Shown here: piece by piece, positions 49,690 through 59,885 of the stretch | How the letters are laid out: each line of letters opens with the position of its first letter | Position numbering within the stretch: position 1 is the stretch's first letter | NCBI GenBank assembly: GCA_040398845.1 | Contig: JBBATH010000009.1 | Location: 9,199-73,198, forward strand | DNA: 64,000 nucleotides | Origin: Candidatus Nanopelagicales bacterium | GTDB lineage: Bacteria; Actinomycetota; Actinomycetes; S36-B12 | Reading direction: 5' to 3' | Position numbers and translations under genes: made by a program | Notes under the pieces: generated by a model | Told to the model about the DNA's origin: nothing | Seen by the model: only the letters and a program-made list of their open reading frames with translations | Database searches by the model: none

Positions 49690-50787
49690 CTAACCCACGG
49701 TCCTTAGGCCACGATGAGCAGCGGTGAGGACGCGCACGCCGCCCGGTTCCACCACGACGGTGTCCTCGATGCGCACTCCCCCGCGACAGGGAAGGTAAAT
49801 CCCAGGCTCAAGGGTGAACGGCGTACCGCTCCGAAGCCTACCGACACTGCGAGGCCCGATCATGGGCGCCTCGTGGATGTCGAGGCCGACTCCATGGCCG
49901 AGGCCGTGCCCAAAGAATTCGCCGAATCCTGCGTCTGCAATGAGCCCGCGTGCCGCGCCGTCAATGACGGCCCATTCGGTGCCAACGACCGCCGTATCCA
50001 AGGCCGCCTGCTGGCTTCGCTCGACACAGTCGTAGATCTCGGCCTGCCAGTCCGCCGGAGTGCTGCCCACGACAACTGTGCGTGTCATGTCAGCGTGATA
50101 CCCCTCGACTCGGGCCCCCGCATCCACGACGACGAAATCGCCGTAGGCAAGAGGTCGCAACGTGGGCTGATGGTGCGGGATCGCCGAGTGCTCGCCAGCC
50201 CCGACGATCGTCTCGAAGGCGCGGTCGTCAGCGCCGAGTTCGCCAAATATCTGCTCAAGGCGGCGCGCTGCGCGAATTTCGGTCCACCCGGCCTGCAATT
50301 CATCGAAGAGCACCATCATCGACTCAGCAGTGATTGCGCAGGCCCGCTCGAGACTTGCGATCTCCGCCTCGTCCTTCACGATGCGTTGGCCTTCAACGAT
50401 GCCAGTTGTAGGAGTAAACTCACGCATCAGTGTTCGCACAAGGTCATGAGCCTCGATACTCATCGTGTCCTCGATGAGCAACCGGGTGACGCCGTGTTGC
50501 GCGAGGCCGCCGACGAGTCCGGGCACGCTGGCACGGTCGAGGATCAGCGGGAGGTCGGGCGCCTCGGCGCCCACCTGAATCGTGTAGCGACTATCGGTGG
50601 CGATGACGTCGTCGGCTGAATCGCTCGCGCTCACGTACAGCGCTGCATTGCTGCCGCTAAATCCCGAGAGGTACCTGATATTCGTGAGTGAGGTGACGAG
50701 CATGCCATCGGCATGATGCTCGCTCAGGATCTCGCGGAGCCGTATTCGGCGCGCAGCCCCCAGAGTTTCAGTGCCTGCGACAGTCAT
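49690..50787 (-). CDS. M24-family Xaa-Pro aminopeptidase/dipeptidase
   Basis: Creatinase-like N-domain plus a pita-bread domain with [34 protein letters not shown] and GVRIED metal ligands. ATG 50785-50787 forms an ATGA overlap with the aroQ stop. The extension to 51114 was rejected. Confidence 0.9.
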   Translation of the reverse strand: MTVAGTETLGAARRIRLREILSEHHADGMLVTSLTNIRYLSGFSGSNAALYVSASDSADDVIATDSRYTIQVGAEAPDLPLILDRASVPGLVGGLAQHGVTRLLIEDTMSIEAHDLVRTLMREFTPTTGIVEGQRIVKDEAEIASLERACAITAESMMVLFDELQAGWTEIRAARRLEQIFGELGADDRAFETIVGAGEHSAIPHHQPTLRPLAYGDFVVVDAGARVEGYHADMTRTVVVGSTPADWQAEIYDCVERSQQAALDTAVVGTEWAVIDGAARGLIADAGFGEFFGHGLGHGVGLDIHEAPMIGPRSVGRLRSGTPFTLEPGIYLPCRGGVRIEDTVVVEPGGVRVLTAAHRGLRTVG

Positions 50788-51215
50788 GTTTGGCGCGCCA
50801 GCGCCTCGAGAGCCAAGACATATGAGGTGGCTCCGAACCCGGCGATCGTGCCGGTCGCCAGCCCGGATACGACGGACGTGTGCCGAAACTCCTCCCGGGC
50901 TAGCGGATTCGACAGATGTACCTCGATGAGTGGAGCGGTAAGCATGGCGCAGGCGTCGCGCAGGGCGTATGAGTAGTGAGTAAACGCAGCGGGGTTCAAG
51001 ATGACGGGGATCTCTCCGTCGGCAGCCTCGTGAAGCCAACCGATGAGCTCTGCCTCGTCGTTCGTCTGGCGCACCTGAACGCGAAAGCCGAGCTCCCCCG
51101 CTGTCGCCACACACAGATCCGCGAGTTGTGCAAAGGTCATGCTCCCGTAGATCTCCGGCTCCCGAGTACCGAGGCGGTTGAGATTGGGACCGTTGAGCAC
51201 GTACACCTCATGCAT
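50784..51215 (-). CDS. aroQ: type II 3-dehydroquinate dehydratase
   Basis: 143 aa: VLNGPNLNRLGTREPEIYG, NPAAFTHYSYALRDA, EVHLSN. Confidence 0.96.
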   Translation of the reverse strand: MHEVYVLNGPNLNRLGTREPEIYGSMTFAQLADLCVATAGELGFRVQVRQTNDEAELIGWLHEAADGEIPVILNPAAFTHYSYALRDACAMLTAPLIEVHLSNPLAREEFRHTSVVSGLATGTIAGFGATSYVLALEALARQT

Positions 51216-51245
51216 GACGCCAGCCTATTCGGGGGACAGACGCAC

Positions 51246-52355
51246 CTAGCAGCTGATCGCCTCGTATGCCCGCACGAGGAGTTCCGAGTCCGGTCCCTCC
51301 CAGGTCACGGGCGAGCCGATTCCCTCGAGGACCACGAAGCGCAGGAGCGACCCCCGTGCCTTCTTGTCGACCTGCATCGCCTCGAGGAGTTCGGCCCATC
51401 TGCCCGCCGGATAGCCCGTCGGTAGGCCGAGCAGCGTGAGGATCTCGAGGTGCTCATCCGCGGCAGCATCGCTTAGGCGCCCGCCGACACGAGCCAGTTC
51501 CGCAACGTACCGAAGACCGACACTCACGGCGGCCCCATGTCGCCACCGATACCGCTCGACCCGCTCGACCGCATGGCCGAACGTATGGCCGTAGTTGAGT
51601 ACCTCCCGACCGAGTGCTCGACTCGATCCGGTGGCTGATTCCTCACGGAAATCGGCGCTCACGACCGCGGCCTTCACCGCAACCGCACGTCGTACAAGAT
51701 CAGCGATGAGATCGCCTCGAGGGTCGATGCAGGCGTCAACACCGCGCCGGACGTCGTCGAGGATGGTCGGGTCAGAGGTGAACCCCACCTTCACAACCTC
51801 TGCCATGCCGGCAACGAGATCCTCACGTGGCAGAGTCAGGAGCGTATCGAGATCGCACAAGACACCGGACGGGCTGTGGAATGCCCCAACGAGGTTCTTT
51901 CCTGCGGCCGTGTTGATGCCGGTCTTTCCTCCGACTGCAGCATCGACCATGCCTAAGAGCGAGGTCGGAACGTGCACGACGCGGATGCCCCGGAGCCACG
52001 TGGCTGCAACGAACCCGGCGAGGTCAGTGGTCGCGCCCCCGCCGACCCCGACCACCACATCGCTCCGGGTGAAACCAGCCGAGCCAAGCCTGTCCCAGCA
52101 TGTGGCGAGGACCGTGGCGGTCTTTGCGTCCTCCGCCTCAGGTACGTCGATCATCGTCACGCTAAAGCCGTGATCAGCGAGGCTTGCCCGCAGACTCTCG
52201 GCCAGTGTCCTGAGCCTGTCCGGGTGAATGATCGCGACTCGGGTAGCTCCGTGGACGAGCATCGGCAGTTCGTCGAGGAGCCCACGGCCGATGACGACAT
52301 CGTAGGTACCTTCGGCGACAACTGTGATTCGGCTGAGTTCAGACATCTGCGGCAT
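51246..52355 (-). CDS. aroB: 3-dehydroquinate synthase
   Basis: 369 aa: GGGATTDLAGFVAATWLRGI, DAAVGGKTGIN, LNYGHTFGHAVE. Confidence 0.96.
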   Translation of the reverse strand: MPQMSELSRITVVAEGTYDVVIGRGLLDELPMLVHGATRVAIIHPDRLRTLAESLRASLADHGFSVTMIDVPEAEDAKTATVLATCWDRLGSAGFTRSDVVVGVGGGATTDLAGFVAATWLRGIRVVHVPTSLLGMVDAAVGGKTGINTAAGKNLVGAFHSPSGVLCDLDTLLTLPREDLVAGMAEVVKVGFTSDPTILDDVRRGVDACIDPRGDLIADLVRRAVAVKAAVVSADFREESATGSSRALGREVLNYGHTFGHAVERVERYRWRHGAAVSVGLRYVAELARVGGRLSDAAADEHLEILTLLGLPTGYPAGRWAELLEAMQVDKKARGSLLRFVVLEGIGSPVTWEGPDSELLVRAYEAISC

Positions 52356-52932
52356 CCTCTACGGCCTGAGTATCCTCGGCGCGATCGGCCGGAGCGGTCG
52401 CTAGCGCCAGCACATCAGTAATGACCTCCCGAAGCTTGCGATCCGATGTGTCGACGACCGCGGAACTCACCTCGTCGTAGAGCGGCGTGCGCTCATCAAG
52501 CAGGTTGGAGAGCTTCGTTCGCACATTGCCGAGGAGCAGAGGTCTGGCCGTATTCATCCCGACTCGAGTGGCCGCCTCAGACATGCTCACCCGCAGCCAC
52601 ACGACACGATGCCGAGACAGCCGAGATCGAGTTGCCGCACTCAGCACCGCTCCCCCACCGAGGGCGACCACTCCACGCTGGCTCAAAAGGGCCGAAGCGA
52701 CCGCCTCCTCCTCGCGACGCCGAAACTCAGGCTCGCCTAGGGTCACGAAGATGTCCGAGACGGACATCGCGGACGATGCTTCGATGAGAAGGTCGGTGTC
52801 GACGAACGGCACACCGAGTTGCTCTGCAACCCGGCGGCCGACGGTCGACTTACCGGCTCCCGGCGCACCGACAAGAACGACTAATGGACGCCCGGCGTGG
52901 GGGCCTTCATCCGGGTTCATCCCATCCCCCAT
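52339..52932 (-). CDS. aroK: shikimate kinase
   Basis: P-loop LVGAPGAGKSTVGR, and VVALGGGAV. Confidence 0.93.
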   Translation of the reverse strand: MGDGMNPDEGPHAGRPLVVLVGAPGAGKSTVGRRVAEQLGVPFVDTDLLIEASSAMSVSDIFVTLGEPEFRRREEEAVASALLSQRGVVALGGGAVLSAATRSRLSRHRVVWLRVSMSEAATRVGMNTARPLLLGNVRTKLSNLLDERTPLYDEVSSAVVDTSDRKLREVITDVLALATAPADRAEDTQAVEDAADV

Positions 52933-54122
52933 CAGCGGATCGTCATGTTGTCTCGGTAGCCACGGAGATTTCTCGCCGTCTCAGCAACCGTGTCACCTCC
53001 GAACTTCTCGAGGACAGCCTCTGCAAGGGTGAGGAGCACCATCGCTTCCGCAACAACTCCTGCGGCTGGCACCGCGCACACATCGGAGCGCTGGTTGATC
53101 GCCGGCGCCTCTTCGCCGGTCGACACATCGACCGTTCGGAGGGCTCGCGGAATCGTGGAGATCGGCTTCATGGCGGCGCGGACGCGAAGCACTTCACCGG
53201 TCGACATACCGCCCTCGGTCCCCCCTGATTTGCCCGATGTGCGCTGGAGTCCATCAGGTCCGGTAACGATCTCATCCTGAGCCAAAGACCCGCGAACCGA
53301 CGCGAGGGCGAATCCATCGCCGATTTCAACACCCTTGATCGCTTGGATCCCCATGAGTGCTCCAGCGAGCCTGGAGTCCAGCCGACGATCCCAGTGCACA
53401 TGACTCCCGAGACCGGGGGGCAGTCCATATGCGACGACCTCGACGACGCCACCGAGGGTGTCACCGTCGCGGTGCGCGGCACTAATCTCTTCCATGATTG
53501 CTGCGGAGGTGGTCGGATCGATGCAACGCACCGGGTCCTCGTCAATTCGATCGAAGTCACCGGCCGCCGGGATCATCCCCGCCGGGAGACTCACGCCGCC
53601 GATCCCAACCACGTGGCTCAGCACTTCAATCCCTGCCGCCTGCCGGAGGAAGGCGCGAGCCACGGCACCGAGTGCCACCCGAGCTGCCGTCTCGCGAGCA
53701 CTGGCCCGCTCCAGGATTGGCCGAGCATCACTCCATTCGTACTTCTGCATTCCGGCGAGGTCCGCGTGACCCGGTCGAGGCCGCGTTAACGGTGCGTTGC
53801 GGGCGAGTGCTTCAAGCTCAGCGGGGTCCACCGGATCTGCCGCCATGACGACCGACCACTTGGACCATTCGGAGTTGCCCACCTCGATGGCGACAGGGCC
53901 TCCGAGGGTCTCTCCATGGCGGATGCCGCCGATAATGCGAATCTCGTCTCGCTCGAACTTCATTCGAGCGCCGCGTCCCGATCCAAGACGTCGCCGCGCG
54001 AGATCGACACCGATCTCTGTCGTGGTGATCTCGATGTGTGCAGGCAACCCCTCCGCAATCGCGACGAGAGCCGGTCCGTGCGATTCACCCGCGGTTAGCC
54101 AACGCACCATGCCGAACATCAT
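52932..54122 (-). CDS. aroC: chorismate synthase
   Basis: [15 protein letters not shown]-terminal signature, PGHADLAG and [13 protein letters not shown]. The true start may be the ATG at 54108-54110 ([12 protein letters not shown]). Confidence 0.96.
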   Translation of the reverse strand: MMFGMVRWLTAGESHGPALVAIAEGLPAHIEITTTEIGVDLARRRLGSGRGARMKFERDEIRIIGGIRHGETLGGPVAIEVGNSEWSKWSVVMAADPVDPAELEALARNAPLTRPRPGHADLAGMQKYEWSDARPILERASARETAARVALGAVARAFLRQAAGIEVLSHVVGIGGVSLPAGMIPAAGDFDRIDEDPVRCIDPTTSAAIMEEISAAHRDGDTLGGVVEVVAYGLPPGLGSHVHWDRRLDSRLAGALMGIQAIKGVEIGDGFALASVRGSLAQDEIVTGPDGLQRTSGKSGGTEGGMSTGEVLRVRAAMKPISTIPRALRTVDVSTGEEAPAINQRSDVCAVPAAGVVAEAMVLLTLAEAVLEKFGGDTVAETARNLRGYRDNMTIR

Positions 54123-54123
54123 C

Positions 54124-54588
54124 TCAGACTGCAGCGATCACCGCGCAGACGAGGACGCCGAGGAGCATGCAGGGTCCGAAGGGAATGGCTGTCGACCACG
54201 TTCCACGGCGCCTGATCATGACGAACAGCGCGAATAGGGCCCCAAGAGCGAAGCCGAGAAGGGTGCCCCAGTACACCCATTCCCAGCCCAACCAGCCAAG
54301 GAAGAGCCCCGTGACGAATCCAAGTTTCACATCACCCATCCCCAGCCCGGACGGGACAAGGAGGGCCAGGGCAAGCAGCGCCGCGATGCACAACACGCCC
54401 GATACCAACGCCCGAACAAACCGACCCGGCTCCGAACTAAGGGTGGCCGACCCGGCGAAGAAGGTGGTCGACAGGATCGCGAGAAGGAGCACATCTCGAT
54501 TCGGCAGCCGGTGTTCGGCAATGTCGACGACGCACAGCCGGGCACCAATAACGACCAGGGACAGCCAAGCAAGAACCTCGAGGACCAC
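54124..54588 (-). CDS. A24-family prepilin (type IV leader) peptidase, peptidase domain only
   Basis: 154 aa polytopic protein with both catalytic Asp motifs ([11 protein letters not shown] and GMGDVKLG). Confidence 0.8.
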   Translation of the reverse strand: MVLEVLAWLSLVVIGARLCVVDIAEHRLPNRDVLLLAILSTTFFAGSATLSSEPGRFVRALVSGVLCIAALLALALLVPSGLGMGDVKLGFVTGLFLGWLGWEWVYWGTLLGFALGALFALFVMIRRRGTWSTAIPFGPCMLLGVLVCAVIAAV

Positions 54589-54627
54589 GGAGCGACCATA
54601 TGCGCCGAGGAGCCTCGATGTCTTCGA

Positions 54628-55434
54628 TCAATTCGTGCCTGTGGACAACGCTGGTAGGGCCGCAGCCATCGCCTCGAATGGCGCCGGCTGTCCCGTCATC
54701 AATTCAACCTGCCGAACCGCTTGCCAGAGGAGCATGTCCCGACCACTCGTCACCCGATCGCTCGGCCACGCCGCAACCAGAGGAGTCGGCCAAGGGTGGT
54801 ACGAGGCATCAAGGAGCGTCCCCGGGGCGCCATCCGCACACCTGGCCCAGGGCTCCGCTGCCGATCCCGGCAAGGTGCTGATCACGATGTCGGTGCGGAG
54901 GACTTCAGGGCACGGCACGAACGACTCGGCGCGGCTGCTGAGCCCGAACTGCCCAGCGAGTCGAACGAGATCGTCAGCGGCCTCCGGGCGCCTCGCCACG
55001 ATGAGAACTTCGCTCACCCCGAGTTCGGCGAGCGCAGCAATCGCACTGCGGGCAGTTGCGCCTGCGCCGAGGATGGTGGCTTGGCGGGGAGCAGAAATGC
55101 CTCGCTCGGTGAGGCTTTGAACGATCCCGAAAACGTCGGTGTTGGTACCGCGCCACCCACGAGAGTCAGGGAGAACCGTGTTCACCGACGTGATGAGGCC
55201 AGCCACCTCATCCACGGTCTCTAGAAGTGGGATCACCGCGGCCTTCAACGGCATCGTGAGCGAGAGCCCAGCCCAGCACCCATCAAGCTCTGCGAGGAAC
55301 GAGGGCAACTCGTCCTCGTCGACCTCATAGGAGTCATAGGTCCAATCGAGCTGCAGCACCGCGTAGGCAGCGCGGTGCAGAGCGGGCGACAGGCTATGGG
55401 TTATCGGTGACCCGAGAACTCCCGCACGCTTCAC
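54628..55434 (-). CDS. aroE: shikimate dehydrogenase
   Basis: VLGSPITHSLSP, GLSLTMPLK, GTNTD, ILGAGATARSA. Confidence 0.93.
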   Translation of the reverse strand: MKRAGVLGSPITHSLSPALHRAAYAVLQLDWTYDSYEVDEDELPSFLAELDGCWAGLSLTMPLKAAVIPLLETVDEVAGLITSVNTVLPDSRGWRGTNTDVFGIVQSLTERGISAPRQATILGAGATARSAIAALAELGVSEVLIVARRPEAADDLVRLAGQFGLSSRAESFVPCPEVLRTDIVISTLPGSAAEPWARCADGAPGTLLDASYHPWPTPLVAAWPSDRVTSGRDMLLWQAVRQVELMTGQPAPFEAMAAALPALSTGTN

Positions 55435-55440
55435 CGTCCC

Positions 55441-56538
55441 TCAGCCCTTGCCCTTGTCGGCGAGGAACTGCTGGAACTGTGCCTTGTACTCCAGGAACTT
55501 CTCATAGCTCTTTGTGAACTTCGTTTCCTTGGTGTCCGGGTTCACGGCGACGAAGTACAGCCAATTCCCAGGAGCGGGAGACAGCGCGGCCTCTATTGCG
55601 GCCTCGCCCGGGGAGTTGATCGGCGTCGGAGGCAGCCCAGTGTTCTCGTAGGTGTTGTACGGAGAATCGGTAGCGAGTTGTTCGGCGTCGAGGCTGATCT
55701 CATCGATATCAAGGGCGTATGAGACCGTCGAATCGAACTGCAGCGGCATGCCTGCTTCAAGCCTGTTGTAAATGACTCGAGCCACCTTTGCGAAGTCACT
55801 TGGCACGCCCTCCGCCTGCACGAGAGACGCGATGATAAGGGCCTCATAGGGCGTGATCCCAAGTTCATCAGCTCGATCCTCAAGTCCGATGTCGGTGCTC
55901 GCCTGATTGAATCGGGTGACGAGGGTGGCAAGCATCGTCTCGGCATCCTCATCACCCGCAACCTCGTAAGTCGCTGGAAAGAGGAATCCTTCAGCGTTGT
56001 CCTCGGCCCAGTCTGGCAGGCCGAGCGCGTTGGGCTTCTCGAGCGCAGCGGCCATCGACCTCTTGGTGATGTCCGTGGCCGCTGCGATTGCGTCGACGGA
56101 TTCGCCAATGCGAAGACCCTCAGGAAGCACTACTCGGCTCTCCGCCCGTGAGATGGGGTCCAGCATCAGCTGTAGTGCCTCGCGGCCGCTCATCTGCAAA
56201 CGCATGGTGTAGCGACCCGGACCGAGGCTCGCCGCCCGATCGTCCACTGCGGCTGCGGCAACGAATGCGTCTGCGCTTTTCACGACATCCGCGCCCTGCA
56301 GCGTCCGGGCGATTTTCGTAAGCGATTCACCGCGATTTACGGTGATGACAACCTCGCCGCTGCCGGCACCGGGGTAGTCATCGACCTCGAGGCTCGCACT
56401 GGCCCAGCGATACAGGGCGAACGCGAGAAGCGCGAAGGCCATGACGAGCACGACGGCAACGATTCGACGCGCAACGCTTCCGCGATGGCGTGAAGGCGGA
56501 AGATCCGCCGATGTCATGAACGTCTCGAGCTGACTCAT
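55441..56538 (-). CDS. mltG: endolytic murein transglycosylase MltG (YceG-like)
   Basis: N-terminal TM anchor. The YceG domain has LIIASLVQAE, SPYNTYENTGLPPTPINSPG and YFVA. Confidence 0.9.
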   Translation of the reverse strand: MSQLETFMTSADLPPSRHRGSVARRIVAVVLVMAFALLAFALYRWASASLEVDDYPGAGSGEVVITVNRGESLTKIARTLQGADVVKSADAFVAAAAVDDRAASLGPGRYTMRLQMSGREALQLMLDPISRAESRVVLPEGLRIGESVDAIAAATDITKRSMAAALEKPNALGLPDWAEDNAEGFLFPATYEVAGDEDAETMLATLVTRFNQASTDIGLEDRADELGITPYEALIIASLVQAEGVPSDFAKVARVIYNRLEAGMPLQFDSTVSYALDIDEISLDAEQLATDSPYNTYENTGLPPTPINSPGEAAIEAALSPAPGNWLYFVAVNPDTKETKFTKSYEKFLEYKAQFQQFLADKGKG

Positions 56539-56963
56539 CGTGACCCCTTTGCTCGCTCAGTGTCTAGATCAGACTGGAGAAGAATAACCGCCGATGCGCT
56601 ATCGATAACGGATCTCGATGACTTGACCGAGCGGCCGGCCGCATGCAGGCCGCGCTGGGCCTGGACTGTGGTGAGCCGTTCATCGACCAATCTCACGGGC
56701 ACGGTGACGCCGGCAGATAAGGCGTGACTCCAATCGCGGGCGAGGCCGGCCGCGCGCCCCTCCGATCCGTCCATAGAAAGCGGGAGGCCGACGATTACCT
56801 CAATGGCCTCGTACTCGTCGACGAGCGCAGCCACGGCCACGATGGCTCGCTCATCCGCCGGAACCGCTTGCAGCGGAACCGCCAACAAACCCCCAGGATC
56901 ACTACGGGCGATGCCGATGCGAACGCTCCCAACATCGCATGCAAGGCGTACTCCGGATCGCAC
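56535..56963 (-). CDS. ruvX: Holliday junction resolvase-like protein RuvX (YqgF)
   Basis: 142 aa: LACDVGSVRIGIARSD, IVGLPLSMDG, VDERLTTV. Confidence 0.92.
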   Translation of the reverse strand: MRSGVRLACDVGSVRIGIARSDPGGLLAVPLQAVPADERAIVAVAALVDEYEAIEVIVGLPLSMDGSEGRAAGLARDWSHALSAGVTVPVRLVDERLTTVQAQRGLHAAGRSVKSSRSVIDSASAVILLQSDLDTERAKGSR

Positions 56964-56967
56964 GCAG

Positions 56968-59643
56968 TCAGGTCGCGAATCGCGCGAGGATCATCGACTC
57001 GACCGCTGCAAGAGCGGCGGTCACGCCTTCAGGGTGAGTTCCACCGCCTTGGGCGAGGTCATCCTTGCCACCTCCTCGTCCTTCGACGGATGGCAGGGCG
57101 ACCGCAAGAAGGCTACTTGCCGTCACTCCGAGGTCTATCGCCGTCTGACTTGAGGCCGCGATGATCGATGCCTTGCCATCAGCGATAGCCGCCCCAACAA
57201 GGACGACTGCGAGCTCCGGTCGACTTCGGCCCTTCGCCTTCATCACCATCTCGCGGAGATCAGCTGACGAGGTTCCCGCTGGTGCCTCAAATGCCCACAG
57301 CCGCACCGGCCCGATGTCCTTGCCCTCTCCGATGATGCCGTCCATACTTGCGATCAGTTGGGCGCTTCGCATCCTCACGAGATCGCGCTCGGCGTCCTTG
57401 AGGGAGGTGATGGTCCGCTCGATCCGCTCGACGAGCTCATCGCCCGGTGCCTTCACCAGCTCACTCAACCGATTCACGAGCACATGCTCCCGCGCGAGGA
57501 ATCGGTAGGCGTCAGCCCCTACGAGCGCTTCAACCCTTCGAACTCCTGCACCGATAGACCCCTCTGAGAGGAAGGTCACGACCCCAAGTTGGCCGGAGCG
57601 CTGGGCGTGCGTCCCCCCGCAGAGCTCGTGCGCCCAGTCGCCAACCGAAACCACGCGCACCTTGTCGCCGTACTTCTCACCGAAGAGCGCCATCGCGCCC
57701 ATCGCCCGCGCCTCGGCCTGACTCATCTGGTGCGCGGATACGACGAGGTCGTCCAGGAGAACCTCGTTCACCCGGGCCTCAACCTCCTGCAGGATTCCGG
57801 GGGCCACTGCGGTGGGGTTAGGGAAGTCGAACCTCAGCCGGCCGGGCGCGTTCTCCGAACCCATCTGGGTCGCGGTGTCGCCGAGACGCTCTCGAAAGGC
57901 ACGGTGGATCAGGTGGGTCGCAGTGTGCGCTCGCGAGATGGCGCGACGTCGCTGGATGTCGACCTCGGCCACAATTGACTCGCCAGCAGCGATCTCACCG
58001 TTCGTGACCTCACCGCAGTGGACGAACAGCCCAGGCACCGGGGACTGCACGTCGAAGACCTCGATGACCGCGCCTTGTCCCGTGAGGAGCCGGCCATGAT
58101 CACCGAGTTGGCCACCGGACTCGGCGTAGAACGGCGAGCGGTTCAAGATGATCTCGACATGCTCCCCCGCCTTCGCTGCCGGCACCGTCTCGCCATCCCG
58201 GACGAGCCCGATGACGAGCGCGTCGGTGGAAGACTCTTGGTAGCCCACGAATTCGGTGGTTCCGCCCACGGCAAGGATCTCTCGGTAAGCGGTCGTTGCG
58301 ACGACTCCCACCTTCCGCTCACGTGAATCAGCCTTGGCCCGCTCCCGCTGCTGCCCCATGAGGCGTCGGAACCCCTCCTCGTCAACGGAGAGCCCCTGCT
58401 CTGCCGCCATCTCCAAGGTCAGGTCGATGGGGAATCCATAGGTGTCGTGAAGCGCGAAGGCCTGATCGCTGGGCAGGCTCGTGCCGCCCCGGGATTTCAC
58501 CGTCTGCACCGCTGTGTCGAAGATCGTGGTCCCGGTACGCAGGGTCTGCAGGAACGCTGCCTCCTCGCCTTCGGCAATCTGGCGAACCCGATTCACCTCG
58601 TCATTGAGCTCCGGGTATTGAGGCGCCATGGTGAGTACCGTCGCCTCGACAAGTTCTCGCATCGTCGGCTCGCCAGCGCCAAGCAGCCGCATCATCCGAA
58701 TCGTGCGCCGCATGATGCGCCGGAGCACATAGCCGCGGCCCTCATTTCCGGGGAGCACGCCATCGCCGATGAGGAAGACACAGGTCCGAGCGTGATCAGC
58801 GACGATCCGCAGGGCGATGTCGTCCTTCTCAGTCCGGCCGTACACCGCTCCGGAGAGCTCGCATGCCCGATCGAGGATTCCGCGGGTCGTATCAATCTCG
58901 TAGATATTGTCGACGCCCTGAAGGAGCGCTGCCATTCGCTCAAGGCCCATTCCGGTGTCGATATTGCGCGCCGGAAGCGGCTGGCGGATATCGAAATCCT
59001 CTTTCGAGCGCACCGTAGAAAGCTCGTCCTGCATGAACACGAGATTCCAGACCTCGAGGTACCGATCCTCATCCTCGACCGGTCCGCCCTCGCGCCCATG
59101 CTCCGGCCCGCGGTCATAGTAGATCTCAGAGCACGGACCGCCGGGGCCCGGCACGCCCATCGACCAGTAGTTGTCCTTGGGCCCCCGGCGCTGGATGCGC
59201 TCGTAGGGCAGGCCCGCCGCATGGTGCCAAATCTCGATGGCCTCGTCATCGTCGTCATAGACGGTTGCCCAGAGTCGCTCCTCGGGAAACCCGTATCCGC
59301 CGGCGGCAACAGATTTCGTGAGGAGTTCCCAGGCGAACGGGATCGCTTCCTTCTTGAAATAGTCACCGAACGAGAAGTTCCCCGCCATCTGGAAGAAGGA
59401 CGCGTGTCGGGTTGTCTTGCCGACCTCCTCAATGTCGAGGGTGCGCACGACTTTCTGTACGCTCGTGGCTCGCGGATATGGCGGCGGCGCCTCGCCGAGG
59501 AAGTACGGCTTGAACGGGACCATGCCGGCATTGACGAACAACAGGGTCGGATCGTCCAGCAGAAGTGAAGCCGAGGGCACCACTTGGTGACCGCGATCGG
59601 CGAAGTAGCGCAAGAACCTACTGCGAATCTCAGCGGACTCCAT
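56968..59643 (-). CDS. alaS: alanine--tRNA ligase
   Basis: It starts [19 protein letters not shown] (ATG 59641-59643 verified), with FVNAGM, the GNFSFGDYFK class II core, the editing-domain HTATHL motif, and a C-terminal DHHA1 region. The 83-aa upstream ORF extension was rejected. Confidence 0.97.
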   Translation of the reverse strand: MESAEIRSRFLRYFADRGHQVVPSASLLLDDPTLLFVNAGMVPFKPYFLGEAPPPYPRATSVQKVVRTLDIEEVGKTTRHASFFQMAGNFSFGDYFKKEAIPFAWELLTKSVAAGGYGFPEERLWATVYDDDDEAIEIWHHAAGLPYERIQRRGPKDNYWSMGVPGPGGPCSEIYYDRGPEHGREGGPVEDEDRYLEVWNLVFMQDELSTVRSKEDFDIRQPLPARNIDTGMGLERMAALLQGVDNIYEIDTTRGILDRACELSGAVYGRTEKDDIALRIVADHARTCVFLIGDGVLPGNEGRGYVLRRIMRRTIRMMRLLGAGEPTMRELVEATVLTMAPQYPELNDEVNRVRQIAEGEEAAFLQTLRTGTTIFDTAVQTVKSRGGTSLPSDQAFALHDTYGFPIDLTLEMAAEQGLSVDEEGFRRLMGQQRERAKADSRERKVGVVATTAYREILAVGGTTEFVGYQESSTDALVIGLVRDGETVPAAKAGEHVEIILNRSPFYAESGGQLGDHGRLLTGQGAVIEVFDVQSPVPGLFVHCGEVTNGEIAAGESIVAEVDIQRRRAISRAHTATHLIHRAFRERLGDTATQMGSENAPGRLRFDFPNPTAVAPGILQEVEARVNEVLLDDLVVSAHQMSQAEARAMGAMALFGEKYGDKVRVVSVGDWAHELCGGTHAQRSGQLGVVTFLSEGSIGAGVRRVEALVGADAYRFLAREHVLVNRLSELVKAPGDELVERIERTITSLKDAERDLVRMRSAQLIASMDGIIGEGKDIGPVRLWAFEAPAGTSSADLREMVMKAKGRSRPELAVVLVGAAIADGKASIIAASSQTAIDLGVTASSLLAVALPSVEGRGGGKDDLAQGGGTHPEGVTAALAAVESMILARFAT

Positions 59644-59885
59644 CAGCGGGCGCTCCCGTTTCCTGGCCACGTGGGCGTAGCACGAGACGGATCGGCCGGC
59701 GCCGACGCACCTGCCTGACCAAGGAGCCCGCGCACGGTGGCCACGGTAGCGCTGGCCGAGCCGGCAATGTCCTGCGCCACAGCAAGGACGCCCCTGTCGC
59801 GGGCATCGGCTACCAAGTGGGCTCCGTTGCGGTAGACGTAGATCCCTCCGGCGGCGCCGACCGCCATCCAAAACAACCTGCTCAC
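59643..59885 (-). CDS. small membrane-anchored hypothetical protein (80 aa)
   Basis: One N-terminal TM segment ([15 protein letters not shown]) and an Ala/Gly-rich tail. It is translationally coupled on both sides (overlaps rarA by 4 nt and alaS by 1 nt). Confidence 0.55.
   Translation of the reverse strand: MSRLFWMAVGAAGGIYVYRNGAHLVADARDRGVLAVAQDIAGSASATVATVRGLLGQAGASAPADPSRATPTWPGNGSAR

Noticed and set aside
54038-55120. 360-aa plus-strand ORF opposite aroE and the A24 peptidase
   Set aside because: It is antisense to two genes with clear family motifs. Its composition is Arg/Pro/Ser/Ala-rich with no recognisable domain.
58447-59568. 373-aa plus-strand ORF opposite alaS, and similar cases at 49714-50619 (pepP), 61184-62098 (MFS) and 35... 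34906-35646 (uvrB)
   Set aside because: All are antisense shadows of well-supported genes. They have no motifs and a skewed composition.
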